Of a stretch of DNA of 64,000 bases, positions 8,776 through 17,169 are shown in pieces. The position numbers and the translations under genes are program-made. The notes below the pieces were generated by a model that saw only the letters and a list, made by a program, of their open reading frames with translations, ran no database searches and was not told the origin of the DNA. Position 1 is the stretch's first letter; every line of letters begins with the position of its first letter. Source of the stretch: an uncultured Candidatus Saccharibacteria bacterium (GTDB lineage Bacteria > Patescibacteriota > Saccharimonadia > Saccharimonadales > UBA10212); the NCBI GenBank assembly GCA_964483315.1, contig CAZAAL010000002.1, forward strand, positions 8,689-72,688, read 5' to 3'.

Positions 8776-9426
8776 ATGCACCCCCTACAAGAGAAGTTAG
8801 TCACCTTGGCTAAAATGCGTGATCTATCAAGACTGAGCTATAGAGAAATTGGTCGGCAGCTAGCTGCTGACGATGAAGCGCGCGTTCACCCAACCAACGT
8901 CAAATACCATTTAGACCAACTGATTAAACAAGGTATTCTTACCGAGTCATCTAGGCCTGTTGTCCGCAAGACATCAGATAGGATAGCCAAAAATACACTT
9001 AACCTTATTAAGATCCCTATTGTGGGTAGTGCGAACTGTGGACCTGCAACAATATTTGCAGACGATAAAATTGAAGGATACCTTGAAATATCCCCACAGT
9101 TGCTAAAATCACGGAACTACAACGATATATTCGCCCTGCGCGCTAGCGGCGATTCAATGAACGACACCAAAATCATGGGGCAAGCCATCGATGATGGAGA
9201 CTTTGTTGTTGTTGACCGCTCCAAAATTACGCCTCGCGATGGAGAGCGCGTAGTTGTAGTACGAGATGATATGGCCAACATCAAGCAGATATTTTTTAAG
9301 CCAAATGACGGAGTAATCGTCCTAAAATCCGAGTCAAAAACTGATTATCAGCCAATAATTGTTAGCCCAGACGATAACTGGGATGGCCTGATTAGTGGAA
9401 CAGTGATCCAGGTGGTGAAGGTATAG
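8776..9426 (+). CDS. lexA: LexA/CI-family repressor (N-terminal wHTH plus C-terminal S24 peptidase)
   Basis: The S24 catalytic region is ALRASGDSMND...GDFVVVDR...VVVVRDDMANIKQIFFK (Ser/Lys dyad context). The N-terminus is LSYREIGRQL..VKYHLDQLIKQGIL. The start could be 8758 or 8776. The symbol is tentative. Confidence 0.7.
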   Translation: MHPLQEKLVTLAKMRDLSRLSYREIGRQLAADDEARVHPTNVKYHLDQLIKQGILTESSRPVVRKTSDRIAKNTLNLIKIPIVGSANCGPATIFADDKIEGYLEISPQLLKSRNYNDIFALRASGDSMNDTKIMGQAIDDGDFVVVDRSKITPRDGERVVVVRDDMANIKQIFFKPNDGVIVLKSESKTDYQPIIVSPDDNWDGLISGTVIQVVKV

Positions 9427-9431
9427 GCGTT

Positions 9432-10310
9432 ATGATAGATAATTTTGACGAGAAAATCAGAGCTGACAAGAGAGTTAAAATTCATGAAGATCCGTCAGCT
9501 TACGACAAGTTAAAGATAATAACCGATGCTGCTCAAGAAGGAAGTCTCAGTCCTTGGGGTGGTGCTGTAGAGCGTTTAATTAACACATACGGTGTCAATG
9601 TAGCGCGCAAAACTCACCAAAAAATTCAGGTTAATCTTTCGTTCCCTAAATCAACAAAAAACAGGTCCATGGCTATAGGCTTTCGCCACATCAAGTCGGA
9701 TGAAAGTAATGCAGAGGATCTCTACGTATTTATAGAGACTATTGGCTTATTTTGTTTTTATCGGGGTTCACAAGAAGAATACCTCAAGGAATATGCGGGT
9801 TCACACCATGCGAAGATAGAGCTACAGGAATTTTTGCCCGACATACAAGCCGAAATCGCCGACATAAAGAAGATAATGAATAACCAACCGAAATTAAGTA
9901 ACACAAATCCTGTCGATATAGTGACAGATGCTGAGTTTGCACAAGAAATTCGCCAAATCGATGAAGACTTTAAGCAGAAGTCTGATAGCTTTGCCCGTAC
10001 TCATGGCAACTCGAGTGCCCCAATTGCTTACTCTAGGGCGCTACAGATCGAAGCAACCAAAAAGCGTGCTGCAATTAGAGCCAAGAAGCAAGCAAGTGAC
10101 CGTATGTATGAGCTTGAATTGATGGATGTTGAAGACGAATATAATGACAAACTCAAGTTGAAGAGAACGGATTTAGCGCATCGTAATATGCTGGAGTCTG
10201 GGTTTGGACGTCAAGAGATTGAAGATATCGCTGCCAAGAAGGAACGATCTATCGAAAAACTTAACCTAAAATACGGCAAAACTAGTCCAGGTGTTGTTGT
10301 TTCAGAGTAA
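9432..10310 (+). CDS. Hypothetical protein (292 aa), coiled-coil-rich C-terminal half
   Basis: A long ORF 5 nt after the LexA-like stop. It is charged and helical (KKRAAIRAKKQASDRMYELELMDVEDEYNDKLKLKR). I recognised no family. Confidence 0.5.
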   Translation: MIDNFDEKIRADKRVKIHEDPSAYDKLKIITDAAQEGSLSPWGGAVERLINTYGVNVARKTHQKIQVNLSFPKSTKNRSMAIGFRHIKSDESNAEDLYVFIETIGLFCFYRGSQEEYLKEYAGSHHAKIELQEFLPDIQAEIADIKKIMNNQPKLSNTNPVDIVTDAEFAQEIRQIDEDFKQKSDSFARTHGNSSAPIAYSRALQIEATKKRAAIRAKKQASDRMYELELMDVEDEYNDKLKLKRTDLAHRNMLESGFGRQEIEDIAAKKERSIEKLNLKYGKTSPGVVVSE

Positions 10311-10319
10311 AATACAGAT

Positions 10320-11513
10320 GTGTACACACATCTTAAAGAACGCCAGTATTACGAAGATCTGTACGACCGATTAACGGTTGATTATGCCCGTGATCACATC
10401 GGCTACTACGATAAATTCCACGATGAATTTAAGGAAAAGCTGCCCAAGGGCGAAAAGATCGATCGTCCGGGCAACGCTTTCCTGCTAAACATTTTTTATA
10501 TGCAAACCATTGGGAACGAACTACTCCGGCGCTACGAAAAACGCGAGCAGCAGATCGCCGAATGGATTGCTCGTGATGAGTCAAAAGACAACCAAATTGT
10601 CGCTGCACGACTGCATGAAGAACCACTATGTAGCCACTGCAAAAAGCAGGGCCTACGAATTATAGACAAGTCACTCATGCATCGACGAGAAAATTCTAAG
10701 TACGACGATCCTGAAGAAGTGTTATTTATGCTGAAGTGCCCGAACTGCGATAAAAACAGCGCATTCTGGGAAGACGGCACCGCCTGGAAAACCAAACCAA
10801 CGCTATGTCCAAAATGCAGCACTGAAGTCACCCATAAAACAACTAGCTCCAAGAAATTCATAACCATTATGTACAGTTGCCCCAATTGTAAGCACAGCTT
10901 CAAAGAAAAGTTAGATATTGGTACTAAGGAAGAAAAACCCGATCCAGACTTCGAAAAAGACCGTGCCCACTACTGTCTGCACGACAAAGAATTTCGGGAT
11001 CACTTGTTTGCTATTAGGCAAGGTTTTGAGGATATGGCTCGGCTCGGCATGGAGATGAAGGAAAAGCAAGATAACAAGCACATCTATGATGCCGTAAAAG
11101 AGATGAAGAAGCCAAAGATTGCAGAACTGATACCACTATTATCCGAACCTCTCGAAAAAGCTGGCTACATTGAGTTTCATATAGATAAACCCGAAATGGG
11201 TCGTGACGTGTATGTTGGCTTCAGCTGCCTTGACAGCAAGTCTGACCGAAACGATTACGACAGCAGAAAGACATTGAAAAAGCTAGTCGATAGCGCATTA
11301 GAGGAAACCAATTGGCGACTTATGAACGACGGCATCTCATATCGGCTCGGCTATTTAAACGGCCGAGTAAAAGCATACGAGGGCGAAGAAGATCTGAAGA
11401 AGCTAGTTATGAAGAGCAAGAAGTTAAAGCCCAAGCAAACAAGTAGCAAGGTTACCGATAAAAGCAGCGAAAGGACGCTCAAAGCTCCAGATGGAACTGA
11501 AATAATTCTATAA
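10320..11513 (+). CDS. Hypothetical protein with two CxxC...CxxC zinc-ribbon pairs
   Basis: GTG start 9 nt after the previous stop. The cysteine pairs are CSHC...CPNC and CPKC...CPNC. I recognised no family. Confidence 0.5.
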   Translation: MYTHLKERQYYEDLYDRLTVDYARDHIGYYDKFHDEFKEKLPKGEKIDRPGNAFLLNIFYMQTIGNELLRRYEKREQQIAEWIARDESKDNQIVAARLHEEPLCSHCKKQGLRIIDKSLMHRRENSKYDDPEEVLFMLKCPNCDKNSAFWEDGTAWKTKPTLCPKCSTEVTHKTTSSKKFITIMYSCPNCKHSFKEKLDIGTKEEKPDPDFEKDRAHYCLHDKEFRDHLFAIRQGFEDMARLGMEMKEKQDNKHIYDAVKEMKKPKIAELIPLLSEPLEKAGYIEFHIDKPEMGRDVYVGFSCLDSKSDRNDYDSRKTLKKLVDSALEETNWRLMNDGISYRLGYLNGRVKAYEGEEDLKKLVMKSKKLKPKQTSSKVTDKSSERTLKAPDGTEIIL

Positions 11514-11515
11514 AT

Positions 11516-11544
11516 TGAGACATACCCGTTTCGTGTCTCATTTG
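11516..11544 (+). terminator. Possible intrinsic terminator
   Basis: TGAGACA-11 nt-TGTCTCA followed by TTTG, immediately after the 11513 stop. The stem is short and the U-tract is weak. Confidence 0.4.
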
Positions 11545-11619
11545 TCCCATTTACCCCTGTAATTAAAGTTCTAGACCAAGACGCTCAGCCACATAGTGCA
11601 GCTTTGCTATACTGCAATT

Positions 11620-11928
11620 ATGGATATAGAACTACTCTCACCTTCTGAGGCGCTAGATAGTTTTAGTCTTATTGTGGCACTTGGATTATTTATTTTTTAT
11701 TTGATTGTTGAAGTGCTGGATTCGTCTTTAACTTTTTCTTTGGTTCAGCACAAATCTATACGTTCGGCTATCGTGACTTTTATTCTATATACAACAATTG
11801 CTATAGAGGTGATAGCCATAATTGCAAATTATTTATATATCATTCCTGTCGCGGTTGGTGCCGGTCTTGGTACTTATATAGTAGTTGAATACGAAAAGAA
11901 AAAACGCCCTATAAAGCAGACTGACTGA
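11620..11928 (+). CDS. Small integral membrane protein
   Basis: There are three hydrophobic spans. I prefer the ATG at 11620, which lies 6 nt after TATACT (11608-11613). Confidence 0.5.
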   Translation: MDIELLSPSEALDSFSLIVALGLFIFYLIVEVLDSSLTFSLVQHKSIRSAIVTFILYTTIAIEVIAIIANYLYIIPVAVGAGLGTYIVVEYEKKKRPIKQTD

Positions 11929-11969
11929 GTATTGGGTTATTTTTTAAGTGAATGTATGATGAGGGTTAG

Positions 11970-12389
11970 ATGTTAAAAGATCAAAGTAAAAAGCAACAAA
12001 TATTTCAAGAGATGGTTTTGGGCATATTGTTGTACACGGTAGTACTTGGTTTTTTTAACGATTATAGCGACATTTTGTACATCAGTTCGTACTCAGTAAT
12101 ATTTTTAGTGGCAGTTGTAATGCAGGTTTTAACTTACTTTACATTTATAGTTAAAGGCAAGGTTGCAGGCTTTTTTAAGAATAAGGACGGATTCTTTAAC
12201 AAATCAGCACTTGTTTTTGGGGTCTGGTTGGTACTGTTTTTATCAAAATTTGTATTTTTATGGGTTATCGAGCTTTTGTTCCCAGAGTCGGTTCAAATCA
12301 GTGGGTTTATTGGGCTGCTAATCATAATTGCTTTGTTAACAATTTCCCAAAAAATCATAGAACAAGCCTATAACAAACTTTCAGATTAA
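11970..12389 (+). CDS. Integral membrane protein (4 predicted TM segments)
   Basis: The sequence is hydrophobic throughout (LGILLYTVVLGFF, VIFLVAVVMQVLTYFTFIV, ALVFGVWLVLFL, GFIGLLIIIALL). Confidence 0.55.
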   Translation: MLKDQSKKQQIFQEMVLGILLYTVVLGFFNDYSDILYISSYSVIFLVAVVMQVLTYFTFIVKGKVAGFFKNKDGFFNKSALVFGVWLVLFLSKFVFLWVIELLFPESVQISGFIGLLIIIALLTISQKIIEQAYNKLSD

Positions 12390-12532
12390 GATGTTAAATC
12401 AACTAAGCTATAAATAATTCATCTTTTATGGTATAATTATGCTTACCAAAGCCTAATACTTTTTAAGAAAACTCTTTTAGCAAATCTGCATTCTTAATAT
12501 CTTGGCAGATAAAATCAACTAAGGAGTAAATT

Positions 12533-13528
12533 TTGATTTCATTTATTTGGCCACCTGGTACGCCAATGCTGGCAGGAACTGGTGGATCCGAAACTTATAC
12601 AGCCGGCCAAGTCCGCGAGCTATTAAGACGTGGCATAAACGCCCAAGTCGTCACAATCGGACATGGTAATAATGACGGCAGGCAAGATTTTAAGGACATC
12701 CCATTTTTATCCTTAAAAACAGCATCTGGAATAAGTGACCTAACTGGTACAGTGGTGTTTATAAATAGAGCGTATGATGTATCAACAAGAAACAAATCAG
12801 CAATTATATTGCACTGTGTAACTCCAAAATCAGAGGAGCGGAGACAGCTAAAGGCAGATGTTAAAAACAAGACCATTATCGCTACAAGCATATTTAGTGG
12901 TCAACAATGGGCACTTTTTTTACAAATTCCGTATAGCCAAATTAAAATCGTTTTACCATTTGCTGATCCAATTTTTGGCAATATAAAAAGATCAAAACCC
13001 GCCAAAAGGACACGAATCCTGTTTGCTGGTCGACTGCACCCCGATAAAGGCATATATACATTACTAGAAATGATGCACCAAAAAGAAATGCAAAAAAACG
13101 GATTTACTGTAAGTATTGTAACTGCTGGTCAACACGCTGAAGTTGGAGTAACGATTGCAAGAATGCTTAAAAACTACCCCTACGCTAGATTAGTTTTACC
13201 CCAAAAATCAGTTTCAGATATGGCTAGGTTGCTCGCTCACAGTGATATTTTACTTATGCCGTCGGTTTACGCTGAACCATTTGGTATGCTCTCCGTTGAA
13301 GCTCAGCATGCTGGCTGCAGAGTAGTTGCAAGCAATATTGGCGGACTGCCCGAAACCAATTGTGGGCTTCTAACTTTGGTTGAGCCACGTAGCCCAAAGA
13401 CCTTAAAATCAGGCATTAAGCAGGCAGTAGCATTAGGCCAGGCTACAAAAAAAGAGCGCTCCACTGCCAAAGCAGATTTTACACTTGATGCATCTGTCGA
13501 TGAACTTTTAGCTGTTTTGCATCTATAA
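12533..13528 (+). CDS. Glycosyltransferase family 4 (GT-B, GT1-type)
   Basis: The C-terminal motif is MPSVYAEPFGMLSVEAQHAGCRVVASNIGGLPE (the E-x7-E region). TTG start preceded by AAGGAG. Confidence 0.75.
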   Translation: MISFIWPPGTPMLAGTGGSETYTAGQVRELLRRGINAQVVTIGHGNNDGRQDFKDIPFLSLKTASGISDLTGTVVFINRAYDVSTRNKSAIILHCVTPKSEERRQLKADVKNKTIIATSIFSGQQWALFLQIPYSQIKIVLPFADPIFGNIKRSKPAKRTRILFAGRLHPDKGIYTLLEMMHQKEMQKNGFTVSIVTAGQHAEVGVTIARMLKNYPYARLVLPQKSVSDMARLLAHSDILLMPSVYAEPFGMLSVEAQHAGCRVVASNIGGLPETNCGLLTLVEPRSPKTLKSGIKQAVALGQATKKERSTAKADFTLDASVDELLAVLHL

Positions 13529-13588
13529 CCACAATATTAAGATGTTATTTAGTAGAAAATTCTACAACATATTTTTAAACTTAAGCAT

Positions 13589-13617
13589 TTGCATACTGCT
13601 TTTAATAGCTATAAACT
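13589..13617 (+). promoter_or_regulatory. Putative sigma70-type promoter TTGCAT-17 nt-TAAACT
   Basis: The hexamers and the 17-nt spacer were read directly from the sequence. It lies upstream of the candidate small RNA. Confidence 0.4.
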
Positions 13618-13619
13618 AT

Positions 13620-13708
13620 AGACAGTTCATCGTGAGGTGAATTAGCGAACTAGCAACCTTCGGGAAGCTAACAAGCGAACAAAGAACGCTACTTCGGTAG
13701 CGTTTTTT
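13620..13708 (+). ncRNA. Candidate small RNA or structured leader (two UUCG-tetraloop hairpins, the second a terminator)
   Basis: TAGCAACC-TTCG-GGAAGCTA is flanked by a duplicated AGCGAAC. It is followed by AACGCTAC-TTCG-GTAGCGTT plus TTTT. There is no ORF. The element lies 90-180 nt past the glycosyltransferase stop. Confidence 0.35.
13685..13708 (+). terminator. Rho-independent terminator
   Basis: AACGCTAC-TTCG-GTAGCGTT (8-bp perfect stem, UUCG loop) followed by TTTT. Confidence 0.8.
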
Positions 13709-13709
13709 G

Positions 13710-13737
13710 TTGGATTTTTAAATTTGTAGAGTATCAT
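13710..13737 (+). promoter_or_regulatory. Putative promoter TTGGAT-16 nt-TATCAT placed for a leaderless transcript
   Basis: The -10 hexamer ends exactly 6 nt before the ATG at 13744. No Shine-Dalgarno site is present. Confidence 0.45.
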
Positions 13738-13743
13738 TAGATT

Positions 13744-14133
13744 ATGATTAGGTTGTTAATCTCAGCTGGCATTCACCTGCTGGCAAATGCAATCGGACTT
13801 TATAGCGCATCGCTATTACTCGATGGCTTTAGTATCGATTTTGTATCTGGCTTAGGGGCAGTATTAATATTCACGGGTATCGAAGTACTGGCAGGTCCGC
13901 TTTTAATTAAAGTATCGCTACAGCATGTACCGGCTTTAGCTGGTGGGGTAGCGCTTGTAACCACGTTTGTGGGTTTGGCTTTGACCAATGTGCTATCTGA
14001 TGGACTCACTATTAATGGAATTGATTCGTTGCTGGCTGCGACATTTATTGTATGGCTCGTAACACTTTTAGCCAACCTTCTGCTGCCTATTATTTTTGTT
14101 AAAAAAGCAGTAGATAATAACAAATCTAAATAA
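13744..14133 (+). CDS. 4-TM membrane protein, Phage_holin_4_2-like
   Basis: The overall pattern (LLANAIGLY..LLDGF.I......VLIFTGIEVLAGPLL, 4 TM segments, about 125 aa) resembles the PF04020 family. This is motif-level recognition only. Confidence 0.45.
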   Translation: MIRLLISAGIHLLANAIGLYSASLLLDGFSIDFVSGLGAVLIFTGIEVLAGPLLIKVSLQHVPALAGGVALVTTFVGLALTNVLSDGLTINGIDSLLAATFIVWLVTLLANLLLPIIFVKKAVDNNKSK

Positions 14134-14202
14134 AAGTATTGCAATAAAATAGAGCAGTGCTAAAATGATTAACAAGTTAAGTATTATTTGGGAGTATAAT
14201 TT

Positions 14203-15648
14203 ATGGCAAAAAAATTGAGCAAACATTCTGAAAACAAATGGGCGATTCTTGCCTTGTTGGCGTTAGCTCAATTTATGGTAGTTTTAGACGTGGCAATAGT
14301 AAATGTTGCCTTGCCATCAATTGCAGTTGACTTAAACTTTGCTGAAAATAACCTACAGTGGGTTGTAACGGCGTATACTTTAACTTTTGGTGGATTTTTA
14401 CTTTTAGGTGGACGAGCTTCGGACTTGTACGGCAGGCGCAAGGTTTTTATAGCTGGTACAGCAGCCTTTACCTTAATGTCTCTGCTTTGTGGACTGGCTG
14501 AGACAGAGTCACAACTGATTATAGCTAGAGCGGCACAAGGCCTTGCAGCTGCCATAATGTCGCCAGCGGCACTATCGATTGTTTTGAGTGAGTTTAAGGA
14601 AGGTGAAGAGCGCAACAGGGCTATGGGTGTTTGGGCGGGTGTAGCCGCCGGTGGTGCAGCTGCCGGCGTACTACTAGGCGGTATACTTACTCAATATTTG
14701 AATTGGCGCTGGAATTTTATTGTAAATGTACCGGTCGGTATATTGGTTGTTTTTGCATCACTAAGAATGTTGCCACATCATATTGGAGAAGAAAACAAAA
14801 AACTAAAACTAGATACGGTTGGGGCTATTTTGGCCACAGGTGGTTTGATGACACTCGTGTATGGGCTCTCCAAGGCTCCAGAATATGGCTGGGGATCAGT
14901 AAGCGTTTGGAGCTTTATATTCGCCGGATTAATACTTTTGGTAGCCTTTATATGGAACGAAAAACGAGTAGATCAACCGCTAATGCCACTAAAGATATTT
15001 AAGATCCGAAATGTGCTTGGCGGAAACTTGGCATTTTTAGCAATTGCATGTACGTTATTTTCGATGTTTTTCTTTTTGACACTATATATTCAACAGGTCC
15101 TGGGCTACTCGCCAGTAAAAACCGGTCTTTCATTTTTGCCGGTGACAATAATTATTGGAGCAACCTCGGCAATCATGTCTAACTTAGTAGGCAAGATTGG
15201 CTATAAGCCACCTATGCTAGCTGGCCCAATAGTTTTAGCATTGGGTCTTTATGTACTAAGCGCAACAATGGAGGTGGGCGGTGACTACTGGCATAATGTC
15301 TTTCCGGGTCTTGCAATTTGTGCCGTAGGTATGGGCTTAACATTTTTGTCTGGAACTTTGGCTGCAACTTCAGGTGTGCCCAAACACTTTTCGGGGCTTG
15401 CATCTGGAGTACTAAACACCTCGCAACAAGTTGGTGGCGCGTTAGGGCTTGGTATATTATCAGCGGTTGCTTTTACGACTTTAAAGTCTGATGTATCAAA
15501 TGGAATTAACCCGGCTGAGGCCCAAATCAATGGCTACTCGGCAGCATTAAAGGTTGGAATTGCATTGGCTCTCTTGGGCGCAGTAGCTGTGCTAGTTCTT
15601 GTTAAAAACCACAAGGTTGATGCTAAAGAGGCAATGGTCGCAGGCTAA
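14203..15648 (+). CDS. MFS transporter, DHA2 (EmrB/QacA-like, 14-TM) family
   Basis: FMVVLDVAIVNVALPSI and the motif-A-like GGRASDLYGRRKVF. The 481-aa length with many TM segments fits the family. Confidence 0.8.
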   Translation: MAKKLSKHSENKWAILALLALAQFMVVLDVAIVNVALPSIAVDLNFAENNLQWVVTAYTLTFGGFLLLGGRASDLYGRRKVFIAGTAAFTLMSLLCGLAETESQLIIARAAQGLAAAIMSPAALSIVLSEFKEGEERNRAMGVWAGVAAGGAAAGVLLGGILTQYLNWRWNFIVNVPVGILVVFASLRMLPHHIGEENKKLKLDTVGAILATGGLMTLVYGLSKAPEYGWGSVSVWSFIFAGLILLVAFIWNEKRVDQPLMPLKIFKIRNVLGGNLAFLAIACTLFSMFFFLTLYIQQVLGYSPVKTGLSFLPVTIIIGATSAIMSNLVGKIGYKPPMLAGPIVLALGLYVLSATMEVGGDYWHNVFPGLAICAVGMGLTFLSGTLAATSGVPKHFSGLASGVLNTSQQVGGALGLGILSAVAFTTLKSDVSNGINPAEAQINGYSAALKVGIALALLGAVAVLVLVKNHKVDAKEAMVAG

Positions 15649-15653
15649 GGACA

Positions 15654-15911
15654 TTACTTATCTTTTTGTTTTTGTAGCTTTAATTTAGATAGATAAATAC
15701 CTACCGATACGACGCTAAGATATGCAAGTCCGCTAAAACAAGCCGAAACTAAATGAGCATTAGTCGATGTAACTAGTGCAATGCCACTTATTAGAGTTGA
15801 GCCTAGTAAAGCATAACTTAAATACAATTTATGCTGACTTGGGCTGATATAGCAAAAAGCGGTGCTTACTAAGCCCATGAACGCTGCTAAGATGTGTAGC
15901 GTTAAAAACAT
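15654..15911 (-). CDS. Small membrane protein downstream of cyoE
   Basis: 85 aa with 3 hydrophobic spans. Its start is 7 nt after the cyoE stop on the same strand. Confidence 0.45.
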   Translation of the reverse strand: MFLTLHILAAFMGLVSTAFCYISPSQHKLYLSYALLGSTLISGIALVTSTNAHLVSACFSGLAYLSVVSVGIYLSKLKLQKQKDK

Positions 15912-15918
15912 AAGCTAA

Positions 15919-16767
15919 TTATACTACACCTTCTATGGCAATCATTACACAAAAAGACACTAAAACGAATAACGAAACTCTGAACATTTTACGTGCCCAG
16001 GCTACGTCATTTCTTGTATCGAATCCAGAAATTGCCACCCATAGCCAATATAGCCCAAAAGCGCTAACTACCATAAGATAGGTTAATCCAGTTATGCCGT
16101 AGACCATTAGCAATAAAACTGCCAGTAAATAACCTATAATGTACAACAGAATGTGACGCTTAGTTACATCGTTTCCTTTTACAACCGGCAATACCGGGAT
16201 ACCAGCTAATTTGTAGTCGCGCTTTTTATACATGGCAATTGAGTAAAAATGGGGCATCTGCCAAAATACTAATACAAAAAATAGCAACACTGCACCAGCA
16301 TCGACTTGGCCTGATACCGCGCAGTAGCCTACAACTGGTGGGACTGCTCCTGAAATGCTACCAACTAAAGTGCCGTACTGGCTTTTTCGTTTGGCTATTG
16401 AATAAACGACTACATACATAAAAAAACCAAAAATTGCGACTAGCGTTGCCACCCAATTAGTAAAAATTGCTAGTATTACTACGCCAATGACACCTAAAAC
16501 CAAGCCGAAGTAGATAGCTTTATTGAATGCTATTGCTCCCTGGGCGAGAGCTCGGTTTTTTGTTCGGGGCATTTTTTTATCAATATCACGATCAATGTAG
16601 TTGTTAAAGACGCAGGCTGAGGCGATAACTAATCCCAGTCCAAAAAGAGTTGCTAGGTAAAGCCAAAAATCAACATTATCCTCAGATGCTAATAAAAACG
16701 CTCCAGCAGTTGCAAGTAAATTGCCAAAAATTATTCCAGGTTTAGTTAGTAAATAGTAGGTTCTCAA
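15919..16767 (-). CDS. cyoE: Protoheme IX farnesyltransferase (heme O synthase)
   Basis: The UbiA-family motif is NNYIDRDIDKKMPRTKNRAL. It is polytopic and lies downstream of cyoABCD. Confidence 0.85.
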   Translation of the reverse strand: MRTYYLLTKPGIIFGNLLATAGAFLLASEDNVDFWLYLATLFGLGLVIASACVFNNYIDRDIDKKMPRTKNRALAQGAIAFNKAIYFGLVLGVIGVVILAIFTNWVATLVAIFGFFMYVVVYSIAKRKSQYGTLVGSISGAVPPVVGYCAVSGQVDAGAVLLFFVLVFWQMPHFYSIAMYKKRDYKLAGIPVLPVVKGNDVTKRHILLYIIGYLLAVLLLMVYGITGLTYLMVVSAFGLYWLWVAISGFDTRNDVAWARKMFRVSLFVLVSFCVMIAIEGVV

Positions 16768-16785
16768 ATAATGTTCCAGATAAAC

Positions 16786-17169
16786 TTAACGTTTGTAATT
16801 TTCATCGTTAATTAAAGTGTTTTCAAGCTCTTGTGGATTTTGGTTCATCGGGTGAGCATTATAATCAAGTTCGTACATGATCCAGATCGAGCCAATAACT
16901 AAAACGACAACAAAGAACATTGCAAATACAAAAGAAGTCTGTTGCCATTTGGGTTTTTGTTCGTCACCCAAATGCAGAAAGTATACTAGCTGTATAAAGA
17001 GTTGAGCTACTGCAAACATCATCAGTAAAAGTACAAGAGTCCAGCCTTCAGCTAGGTCTTGCATAACTATCCAAAAAGGGACTAAGGTTAAAATAACCGA
17101 TAGTATAAAGCCGGTAGTATATTTTTGCGGATTAGCTGTGGCTGGGCGTTTTGAATCTACGTTAGACAT
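16786..17169 (-). CDS. cyoD: Quinol oxidase subunit IV
   Basis: 127 aa with 3 TM segments. It overlaps the cyoC end by 8 nt and sits at the position expected in a cyo/qox operon. Confidence 0.7.
   Translation of the reverse strand: MSNVDSKRPATANPQKYTTGFILSVILTLVPFWIVMQDLAEGWTLVLLLMMFAVAQLFIQLVYFLHLGDEQKPKWQQTSFVFAMFFVVVLVIGSIWIMYELDYNAHPMNQNPQELENTLINDENYKR

Larger units (their letters stand above)
1..11544. mobile_element. Accessory, phage-derived genomic island (left end outside the window)
   Basis: The block holds an RM pair, a helicase-nuclease, TerS/TerL, a ParB-MTase and an S24 repressor operon. No integrase, att site or structural genes are visible, so it is an island or cryptic remnant rather than an intact prophage. 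Confidence 0.5.

Noticed and set aside
1-11544. An intact prophage
   Set aside because: No integrase, portal, capsid, tail or lysis genes and no att repeats are visible. TerL is followed directly by a convergent helicase. I therefore call it an island or remnant only.
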